Assembly (NCBI RefSeq): GCF_009914755.1
Contig: NC_060943.1
Length of the DNA: 64,000 nt
Strand: one strand, 5' to 3'
DNA from: the human T2T-CHM13v2.0 reference genome, Homo sapiens
A program made the position numbers and the translations under genes. This document shows positions 1 to 28,000 of the stretch, piece by piece; position 1 is the stretch's first letter; the number at the start of each line of letters is the position of its first letter. The notes under the pieces are model-generated. The model searched no databases and was not told where the DNA came from. It was given only the letters and a program-made list of their open reading frames with translations.

Positions 1-102
1 AGCCCACTGAAACCCATTTCAGATTTCATTGAGAATAAAATTGTGTTGTTTTAAGCCGCTAAGTTTGTGATAATTTGTTACAGCAGCAATAAAAAACTAA
101 CA
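1..102 (+). mobile_element. 3' end of an MLT1 (ERVL-MaLR) LTR
   Basis: aataaa...tgttgttttaagcc.ctaagtttgtg.taatttgttacagcagcaata is the typical MLT1 terminus. Confidence 0.7.
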
Positions 103-126
103 TGCTAGTTTATATTTATAAAAAGA

Positions 127-1695
<1,569 letters not shown>

Positions 1696-2004
1696 CTAGT
1701 GAGCTTTAAGTAAGGTAAGACATGTCAATTGCTTAGAACAATGCCTGGGAGAGGGTGAGTGCCCTTCAGCATTAGCTGAGTATTGTTATTTTAGTAGCAA
1801 GTGCCTGGAATCTAAACCCATCACCCCTTCCAGCCTGGGGGCCCTTGGTGAGCAGGAGCAGGTCTGAAGAGCACCTGGGTGTCTCACCTTGCTCAGCACA
1901 ATGAGGGGCGTTTGTTGACTGACTGACTGATGGACTGAAGGCAAGGCATCCTAGGTATCTGGTTCCCAGGGGAGACAGGCAAGGGCTCAAAGACGGCAAG
2001 GCCA

Positions 2005-2280
2005 GGCAGGACCACAGGTTTATTGGGGACTCCACGCACAGACGCTTATGGCATCACACGACAACGGCACGGTTACTCGGGACACACACGGTGGCCTCTG
2101 CCCACAGCCAGGGCCCAGAGGCAGTGGGGTGCAGTCTCCTCCCTTGTGGCCCAGACCCAGCTGGGTCCCTTCCTCCTAGGCAGCTGAGGGAAGGACTGCT
2201 GGGTTGGCCACGGGCCTGGGAAGGGGAAGCGAGCAGGCGAGTCCAGGAGGGGCCGGGGCCGGGGTGGGGCTCGCCTGCCC
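2005..2280 (-). other. AP2S1: AP2S1 3' UTR (end approximate)
   Basis: Lies between the stop codon and a point ~15-20 nt past the AATAAA. Confidence 0.8.
2019..2024 (-). terminator. AP2S1: Polyadenylation signal AATAAA of AP2S1
   Basis: tttatt on the + strand, ~257 nt downstream of the stop codon. Confidence 0.88.
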
Positions 2281-14594
<12,314 letters not shown>

Positions 14595-14690
14595 GGCGAC
14601 CCCCGTCCAGACCCCAGCGGCCCCGGTCCCGCGGCGACTGGGCAGCTCCGGCTCAGGGTGCAGTTGTAGGGCCCAGAGCTAGAGCGGACT
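14595..14690 (-). other. AP2S1: AP2S1 exon 1 5' UTR (TSS approximate)
   Basis: GC-rich leader between the ATG and the ETS motif. Confidence 0.7.
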
Positions 14691-15265
14691 TCCGGTAGAA
14701 AAACCCGCCTGCCTTCTCGCGCACAGACCCCTGGGAGTTGTAGTTTCACCAAAGGGGCCAGCCTGGGTGAAGATGGGTGAAGAGTCAGAGCCAGTCCTTT
14801 TCCTACCAAACGAGTCAGATCCCAAGTGCATGCTGGGATTTGTGGACAAACATCTTTACAGAGGACTACAATTCCCGAGATGCTGAAGAACCAGCGGTGA
14901 AGGCGTTGCATTCAGGGAAATGTAGTTCTCTTAGGTCCCCTCCCCCCACCCAGGGGAGAAGGGCATGCTGGGAATAGTAGTTTTAAATTTTAAAAAACTG
15001 TCCTGGGGAGATAGAAAATGTCTTTCCATTCCTCATCCAGTGATTTCTTTAATTTTTTTAAAAATAGAGACAGGGGTCTAGATATATTGCCTAGGTTGAT
15101 CTCGAACTCAGCTTCAAGCGACCCTCAGCCTTCCAAATCACCAGGATTACAGGCATGAGCCACCACAACACCAAGCCAGTGTTTTGCTTAAAATACGTTG
15201 CGTGTGTCTCTCGGGAGACAACAGTTTAAAAGCATAAATTTGAACCGGCCCGGCGCGGTGGCTTA

Positions 15266-15857
<592 letters not shown>

Positions 15858-16353
15858 TTAGTTTAGTGTTTTTTTGGTGTGTCTTTGTTTTTGCTTTTTT
15901 CTGAAAGAGGGTCTCCCTTGGTCACCCAGGCTGTAGCGCAGTGGCATGATCTCAGCTCACTGAAGCCTCAACCTGCTGGGCTCAAGTGATCCTCCCACTT
16001 CAGCCTCCCGAGTAGCTGAGACTACATACACATGCCGTCACACCTGGCTAATTTTTTGTACTTTTTGTAGAGACAGGGTCTTGCTATGTTGCCTAGGCTG
16101 CTCTTGAACTCCTGAGCTCAAGCGATCCTCCCTCCTCCACCTCCCAAAGTATTGAGATTACAGGCGTGATTTTTTAAATGGCCTTTATTACATTTTAAAA
16201 ATTATTTTATTTGCCCTATGAGTATGTGTGTATGTTTGTCTAGATCTCTCATTAGGTAGTGAGTTGTTGAGGGCAGGGACCCTGTCTGATAACTGTATCT
16301 TCATTACCTAGAACATGACAGATGGTAAGCAGTCAATAAAGTTATTACTATTA

Positions 16354-16698
<345 letters not shown>

Positions 16699-16844
16699 TT
16701 AAATAAATAAAACAAAATGTATTGTAGAATTATGTAAATTTAAGGTATAGTACTGGCAGAATAACCAACACATAGTTGTTGAATATTATAGGGGCAAAAA
16801 GAGGCCAGAGATCATTTCTGTCTTGTGTACTTTTCTGTCTCCAA

Positions 16845-17009
16845 CAGGGTTGATACTAGGATGACACAAGCAAAGTGTCCAGGTTGCAAAATTTTAAAAG
16901 GACCTCACTCTTAGATGCCAATTCCTGTCTTACACAGGACTGAGAATATGTGCCTCATTAAATTTTGTGCCCTCAACACGTCACTTGCCTCCCCTTAGTC
17001 CCAGTCCTG
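16845..17009. mobile_element. hAT-Tip100 MITE (MER96-like)
   Basis: Inverted termini cagggttgatactagg ... cttagtcccagtcctg, internal caaaatttt/aaattttg palindrome, and a degenerate 8-bp TSD gtctccaa/atctccag. Confidence 0.65.
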
Positions 17010-17348
17010 ATCTCCAGTGTTCAACTTAATACTTGGCACAACTCTGGTGTTCAATAAACATTTGCTGAATGAATGAATGCATTTGCAGCAAGAAAACAGA
17101 CACTGCCCCCACCCTCACAGCATTCACAGTCTAGCAGGAAAAATGGACTTAAATGACATAACATAAATAAATTTAAGGCCAGGTGCAGTGGCTCATGCCT
17201 ATAATCCCAGCACTTTGGGAGGCCGAGGTGGGTGGATCACCTGAGGTTGGGAGTTCAACAGCAACCTGGCCAACATGGTGAAACCCCATCTCTATTAAAA
17301 GGACAAAAATTAGCCGGGCATGGTAGCGTGTGACTGTACTCCCAGCTA

Positions 17349-17456
<108 letters not shown>

Positions 17457-17673
17457 TCAAAAAAAAAAAAAAAAAAAAAAAAGAAGGCCAGGCAGAGCCA
17501 AGTGGATCACCTGAGGTCAGGAGCTCAAGACCAGCCTGATCAATATGGTAAAACCCCATCTCTACTAAAAACACAAAAATTAGCCAGGCATGGTGGTGTG
17601 CAACTGTAGTCCCAGCTGCTAGAGAGGCTAAACAGGAGAACTGCTTGAACCCAGGAGGCAGAGGTTGCAGTGA

Positions 17674-17964
<291 letters not shown>

Positions 17965-18009
17965 TAAATTTTTTGGAAAGAAGAGGTCTTGCTATATTTT
18001 CCAGGCTGG

Positions 18010-18359
18010 CATGTGAATGCTTGACTGGAGCTGAAGGACCTGTATTCCAGGTGGCTCGCTCCTGTGGTTGGCAAATGAATGCTGGCTATTGGCCAGAGAC
18101 CTCAGCTCCTCACCACGTGAATCTGTCCACAAGGACATATGAATGTCCTCACATGGCAGCTGTTTTCCCAAAGAGTGAGTGATCTAAGAAAGAGCATGGC
18201 GGAAGCTGCTATGTCTTTTATGGCCTTGCCTCAGATCTTTTATGACACTGTCATTTCCACAATGTTCCATTGGTACCTAATCAGCCCTGTCCAATGCAGG
18301 AGGCAATGCAAATACCAGGTGAGACTCATTGGGGTCCATCTTGGAGGCTGGCTGCCACA
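18010..18359 (-). mobile_element. MLT1 (MLT1F-like) LTR fragment
   Basis: Ends in ccatcttggaggctggctgccaca, the reverse complement of an MLT1 5' end. Confidence 0.6.
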
Positions 18360-18438
18360 ATGGCTCATAACAGGCACCTAGCTGAGTTGAAGAGTTAGTG
18401 ACAGCTTCCTAGAAGGGGTGACATTTGAGCTGAGATCA

Positions 18439-18654
<216 letters not shown>

Positions 18655-18919
18655 TCATGCCTCTGATCCTACCACTTTGAGAGGCCAAGGTGGGCGGATC
18701 ACTTGAGGACAGGAGTTTGACACCAGCCTGGACAACATGGTGAAAGCCCGTCTCTACTAAAAATACAAAAATTAGTTGGGTGTGGTGGTGCACGCCTGTA
18801 ATCCCAGCTACTTGGGAGGCTGAGGCAAGAGAATCGCTTGAATCCGGGAAGCAGAGATTGCAGTGAGCCGAGATGGCGCTGCTGCACTCCAGCCTCCGCG
18901 ACAGGGCAAGCCTCCTTCT

Positions 18920-18962
<43 letters not shown>

Positions 18963-19661
18963 CGAGTGGAAATTAACCAAGCAAGGATTAGTGTCCAGGA
19001 TGGGGCAGAGTGCTGGGCAGAAGAACACAGGTAGGGAGAAGATCAAAACATTTTCTCTACCCTCAGGAGTCTCATGGCTTGAGTGGTTTCGAGTCTGGGG
19101 CTACATGGCACAGACATAGAAAAGATAAGTCCCGAAGGAACAATTATTTATTTTTTTATTTTGCTAGACAGGGTCTGGAACTCCTCCTGGCCTCAAGTGA
19201 TCCTCCTCCCTTAGCCTCCTAACGTGCTGGAATTACAGTCGCGAGCCAGCGCGCCCGGCCTCAATTTTAAACGTTTATAAATATAGAGAGGTTGTGGCAG
19301 GGCGCGGTGGCTCACGCCCGTAATCCTAGCACTTTGGGAGGCCGGAGCAGGTGGATTGCCTGAGCTCAGGAGTTTAAGACCACCCTGGGCAATATGACAA
19401 AACCCCGTCTCTAATAAAACTACAAAAAATCAGCGCGCCTGTAGTCCCAGCTGTTTGGGAGGCTGAGGCACGAGAATCGCTTGAATCCGGAAGGCGGAGG
19501 TTGCAGTCAACGGAGATCACGCCCTGCACTCCAGTCTGGACGACAGAGCGAGACTGTCTCAAGGAAAAAAAAAAGAGAGAGAGAAAGAGAGAGAGGTTGG
19601 CTGTTCGCGGTGGCTCACGCCTGTAATCCCAGCACTTTGGGAGGCCGAAGTGGACCGATCA

Positions 19662-19889
<228 letters not shown>

Positions 19890-19949
19890 TTAAAAAATAG
19901 ATGTTTATTATGCATTCATCCAGTAGATATTTAGTGCGTCGATCTACTA

Positions 19950-20560
19950 AGCAAGGGGCCCAGGCACTGGGATTCCGCGGTGAATCTGAGCATCCCCGCC
20001 TCCCGTTCCTGCCTCGTGATTGGCTGCCCTTGGGCCAATGGCTGAAGAGTCCACCGCTCTGCCAGCCCCCGCGGCAATCCTCCAGCTGCAGCTTCCCCTG
20101 TTCGGTTTGCAGGCGGCGCTGTGGGCTCACTGACTCCTCCGTCACACGCAGACCTGGTCCCCACCCTCTCTGATTCTTTCAGACTCTTAGGAATGAATAG
20201 AGTGTATACCCCAGAGTCCCACCCTCTTTACAAAATCCTTTTGTGAATTTTTCTGCCTGTGCAGGTTTCCAATACAGGTCCAGAATCCCACGCCCGCCTC
20301 TTATCAACCAACACCAGCGGCTCTCCCGTTAATGTGACCTCCAGCCATTCGGCCCGTAGGCCGATGCTTGGGAAATCTTGACAGCGGCCCAAGCCGGCAG
20401 TCGGCACTTCTCTCGGTCGGTTAATTGTTTACTCGTTTGTTTATTTATCCTGGAGTGGAGGCTAGCCGGGTGCGCGGAGGCGGCTGCCCCCAGGGAAGCC
20501 CGCTTCCTGTGGTTGGCTTGCTCAACTACTATCCGCCCTCTTGCGCACTGGAAAAAATTG
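19950..20560. promoter_or_regulatory. Intergenic CpG-rich promoter/enhancer-like element
   Basis: Unique sequence with retained CpGs, a GC box, an opposed CCAAT pair (20019-20023, 20035-20039), forkhead motifs (20426-20444) and an overlapping ETS/RUNX motif (20503-20514). Confidence 0.55.
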
Positions 20561-20768
20561 CAGAGCTGGGAATGCACCCCTTGATGGTTCCGTTCATGCA
20601 GTAAAACAATGCCTGGGCCCCTGCCTTGTGCCTGGATCCGTGCTAGGGACATCGACGATGACTGAAACAGCCCTGGCCCTGCCCTCAGGGGCCTTGCAGT
20701 CCGATGGGAAAGACCTATCACCAGATATGGACCACCCAAGGTGGCCAGGGCTTGGACGGGAGACCTAA

Positions 20769-23469
<2,701 letters not shown>

Positions 23470-24745
23470 TTATTTATCAACGCTTACAGAGCGCTTACTA
23501 TGTATGCAATGCATGATTTCAAGAGCTTTGCAAAATATAATCTATTTAATTTTCACAGCAGCCCTACGAGAGAGGTACGATTATTATCCCATTTTATAGA
23601 TGAAGAGACTGATGGCAGAAATGCCAAATGTAATAGGAAACAGCCTTTCTTCATGCATTCCACAAATATTGGCTCGGCGCCCGGGAAGCTCATCTTCCAC
23701 GATCTGTACTTCCGGAGGAGTCCCAGAGGAACACCTCCTCAGTTCAGAGGAGTCAAGGGTTACAGCGGTGCCCTCTCCCATCACTACTCTTTTCCCTTCA
23801 GGCGCCCTAATTGACATTCGATTTGTAGCCATTTGCACAATGCTAAGTGACAGGCTTGGGCTGCACACAGGACCAGGCCGTCTTCCCTCTCCTGGGGATC
23901 AGTCGTTCACAGAACCAAAAACAAGTTGCATGGACGCGCGCGTTGGCTGCAGATTTTCTTCACAGCCAGGAGAAAGAGCACGCGCTCTCCAGCCCCGCCT
24001 CTTCTTCCGGGACGACGAATTGCGGGGCTCGGATTGGGCTGAGGCGGGCCACGCCTCCTCATATCCTCCAATCAACTCCCTCTCTGGTGCGCTCCCTCCT
24101 TCTCAGCCCCGCCCCACCGCCCCACGTTACGTCGCTCCTTCTGGCCTCCTCCGTTATCCCGGCGGCTGCGGCTCGCGCGGCAAACCCACCTCCCATTGCT
24201 TCCCATTGGCTGGTCAGGTCCCGCGCGAGCGGGATCGCGCCCTTCGCCCCCCACCCCCAAAACCGGGCCATGCCTCTCTCCTTCGGCTTTCTCCAGGAGC
24301 CAGCGCGAGGCAGTAGATCGGCTGCTTGAGACGCGCGCGCAGCTCCTGCGGACCACTCCCTCCGCCCTGCGCCAGCAGCTGCGCCGGCTGGCAGCCCCCC
24401 GCGCACGCGCGCTCGCCCATCCCGCTCCCTCTGCTCGTTTGCAAGTCGCCTCGCGCTCAGTCGCGACGGCGGCCGCCGCAATAGCGGCATTTTCGGGGGC
24501 GCACGCGCACTGCACCGTCCGCGGCCGTTCCTAACCTCAGGCAGCGGCTGTGGCAGTAAGCCCCTCGGGTGCGCACGCGCTCTGACCTCTTCCCACTGCC
24601 TCGCTGGTTGTCCCTTCGCGGCGCGCGCCCAGGGGCCGTTATACCCCTGCAACGGTCCACGCGCCGCGCACGCGCAGTAGCGAGGGGGCGCGCGCGCGGG
24701 AGCGGCCGTCGCAGGAAGGAGGTGCCGCCGCTGCCGCCATTGCGA

Positions 24746-24769
24746 GGGAGGGAGGGAGGGAGGGAGGGA
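24746..24769 (+). repeat. (GGGA)6 G-quadruplex-forming repeat in the CpG island
   Basis: Six GGG runs with 1-nt loops. Confidence 0.9.
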
Positions 24770-24834
24770 GTGAGCGAGGCTGGTCCGCCCTCCCCCTGGT
24801 TCCCGCCCCTCCCCCCTTCCCCTCCCCGCCCCCC

Positions 24835-25047
24835 GCCCCGAGGGAGAGCCGCGGCGCGGCGGCAGGAGGAGGTGGAGGAGGCGGAGGAGGGAACCCGCGA
24901 GGGAGGGTCCGCCCGGCCCCCCGCCGCCGGAGCCGCCGCCGCCGCCTCAGCCGCCGCTGGACTAGGAGCAGGGGAACATGGCGCCGGGGCCCCCGTCGTT
25001 GCTGCCGGGATTTTGGAGGCCGGGGCCGCGCTGAGGGCGCCCAGCTG
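24835..25047 (+). other. ARHGAP35: Non-coding first exon (5' UTR), probably ARHGAP35; start approximate
   Basis: GCC-repeat-rich leader ending at a consensus donor CTG|GTGAGT (25048-25053) inside the CpG island. Confidence 0.72.
24978..25034 (+). CDS. Upstream ORF in the first exon (MAPGPPSLLPGFWRPGPR*, 18 aa)
   Basis: aacATGg strong Kozak context; TGA lies 13 nt before the donor. Translation is not demonstrated. Confidence 0.45.
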   Translation: MAPGPPSLLPGFWRPGPR

Positions 25048-28000
25048 GTGAGTGCGCGAGCTCACGGGCCCCGGGCGGCGAGGCCGGGCGCCGCCCCGCT
25101 GCGGGGTCCAGGGGGAGGCGGGGACGGCGGGGCCCGGAGCCCGCGAACAATGGAGGAGCTGGAGGGGGAGGGGAGGAGCGGCCCCCCCCCCAGCCCCCCG
25201 GGCCCCGCCGTCCCCGTCGCTTCGCGCGTCGGCCCGGCCCGTGGGGCCCTCCTGCCCTTTGGACCTGCCCCTGCCCGCCCCAGCCCTGCTGTCCCCGCCG
25301 CCGCCCCCATCCCCGACCCGTTGGGATCTCGGTGTCTGCCTCGGAGCCTACCCGACTTCAGCCAACCGGTTCCCAATTCTGCGCCCCCCTTCCCCCTTCC
25401 ACCCCTCCATAATGCCCTTCGCTCCTCCCGGGCTCTGCAGTGCTCCTGGGACCCATCTTCTCCTCATTGACCATTCTGCATCTCTTAATTGTGGCTCCCA
25501 CTTTTGAGATCCGTGACGCTTCTCCCTCTTCTCGATTCTGCTCTCACCACCCTTCAGATCTGTCCTCGGCCCCTTCTTTGACCTACCTTCTGTGCTATTA
25601 TTCCTGTCTCAGAATCTGTTGCACCCTGGGAGCTGTCCCTTTAGGACCTGCGGTTCCAACCCTTTGGAGATCCATCTGAGACCCCTGTTCGGCCAGGCAC
25701 TGCTGCCCCAGGTCTTCCCCTTGGACTGAATCCCGTTCCCTCGTGGGCCCTACTACCCGCATTTCTGTCTGCCCTCTCGCAGAGCCTGCTGCACCCCGGG
25801 ATGCCCCTCGGCTGGCTTTCTGACCCTTCCGTGCCCCAGCTCATTCCCCTGATCCCCTCGGACTTGGCTGCACCGTGCTTGCCTGTTCCCCTTCTCAGCT
25901 CTTGTTCCCGTTTACCATTCAGACCCTTTCCTCTCTTCCAGACCTTTCTGCCTCTCAGCTCTGCCCCTTGCCCGACCTCAGATCTTGCTGCGCTCCCCTC
26001 ACCTGCTTGCTTCTGACTCTGCCTTCCCGGGAAGCAGCCTCCTCCCCCTTCTCTGACTCTGCAGGTCTCCCATTTCTGCTATTCACTTAAATGATGTATC
26101 CCTAACTCAGACTGCCTTCAGTTTCAGCCCGTGTTCTCTTGGAGGTTTCCTCTCTTCCCCACCTCCTTTTTGGCACTCCTCTGAGCTACTGCATTCATTT
26201 GCTTCTCCTTTCTTTGGCCTGTCTCTCCTTCAGTTCTCTGCCTGAAAACTGCTTCCTGTCCCCTCTTTGCTCCAATTCCTCTCCTCCCCGTTTTAGCCCT
26301 TAGACATGCCCTTTAACCTCACTATACCTCTGATACCTCCCGGGCTGGTCACCCATCCCCTTCCTGTTCTGCATCTCACAGACCTGCCCCTAGATCCATT
26401 TTGTACCTACACTTTCTTCTCGTTTTTTTCAATTCTGCTCCATCCTCTTTATTTAGTGTTTCCCTCCCCAGCTCGGCTCCTTCGGAGCTGTCCACTTGCC
26501 CGCATATTTTTAGACCGGTTTTTAACTTCTGTATTGCCGTCCTTTCTTGGAGCGGTCCTTTAACACTGGGGTTCTTGTCACTGTGTCCCCTCTCTGTTCC
26601 CTCCCGAGTCTTTTAAGTTTTCCACATGACAGTCTCTTCCCCCCACCATTTTGATTCAGCCCTCACCCTTCACTCTGCTTTATTTGCCCACCCTCCACTG
26701 TTCTGCCTCTTGTCTTCTTTTGGAGTTCTCACTCCAATTGTGACATTACGATGTCTTCTTAATCATTCTTTCCTATGTATTCCCCCCCACCTTCCTCTTG
26801 GAGCTGCCTCAGTGCTGTGATAGATTATCACTCCCCTTTGATATCCCTCTCCCAATTCTGTTCCTCTTGGACTTGTTTCCTTCCTCACCTTTTTTTTTTT
26901 TTTCCTTCCCCTTGTATCCTGCCAGGCTCCTTCTCTTCCCATTTAGTTCCTATCAGACCTGCTCCTCGCAGCTCACCACCCGTGGCCCACCCATTCCCCA
27001 TTGAGCACTTCCCCTTTCAGGCATATCTTTCTTTCCATCCCTCTGCTGCAGAGGCAAAGGGGCTGGATTGGGCCTTAGGCTCTCCAGGCTCTGAGACTGC
27101 AGATTCTCTCTCTGCGCCCTAACCCTGAGGGTTCTCTCCCCAGGGATCCTGAGAGATCTGGGTAAATAGGTGGGGGTTGGTTGATTGTTACTACTCTCTG
27201 GAGTCTGGGAGTGTCTCCCCCATTTCCCCCACTTCCACTAGGTTAGTAGTGTGGGGGGAGGTAGATCTTTTTCCATTGCCCCATTTTCTTTCCTCTGCTG
27301 TTTGCTCTCTCCCTTCCTATCTCTGGGCTTTGCAGCTTTGTGTCCTTTGGAAAAGGGGATTGCAGCTGCTCGCAGATCTTTATTCTCTTTCTCACTTTCC
27401 CTCCTTCCTTCTCTGAGCCATTGCATAGAGTACCCTCTCTCCCCTTCCACCTCTAAGCCAGCAACCCTAGGAGTGTCCTTCCCTTCCCCCCCGCCTTCGC
27501 CCCTCCCCCCCAGCTAACAAGTTATTTCAATATATAGTTTTACCTCTAGCTGGGGAAATGCCAGTTCTCAAATTATCCCGATCCCACCAGGGGTTATGGC
27601 CACAGTTGGACCTAGGGAAGCTACAGTATTGCCTTCCCTAATGGCCTCTGGTTTGCAGTGTGACTTTGTGGGAGGGGATGGGGAAGGTGGGCTTATTTCT
27701 TTTTCATCTTTGCCCCGGGAAAGGCTCCAGCTTCCTGGTCTTCAAAATGGTGAGGGCTTGGGTTTGGAAAGCACTTTGCGGTTGTTTGTTGAAAGAGAGA
27801 GTGCCAAATGTCACTCAGATTTCTGCCCTCTGGTATTGCAGGCACTCCCTGCCACAGGAGCTGAGTGCCTCTGGGCAGATCCATGCTAGATTCTGGGGCT
27901 CTTTGCCTGCCGTACAAGGGGTGTGTGGGTGGGCCCTGACATTCCTTAAGCTTTTTGAGTGACCTGATTGGGTAGAGTTAGAAAGGGGTGCCAGGAACTG

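Larger units (their letters stand above)
23900..25400 (+). promoter_or_regulatory. ARHGAP35: Large CpG island / promoter of a + strand gene (probably ARHGAP35)
   Basis: About 1.5 kb of very high GC and CpG content with CCAAT boxes, GC boxes, four GCGCACGCGC NRF1-type sites and (GGGA)6. Gene identity comes from recalled adjacency to AP2S1, not from coding sequence. Confidence 0.85.

Noticed and set aside
23600-25507. Overlapping long Ala/Arg/Pro/Gly-rich ORFs on both strands (e.g. 238, 202, 197 and 160 aa)
   Set aside because: Expected from stop-codon scarcity in a very GC-rich CpG island; many use non-ATG starts and none shows a recognisable domain.
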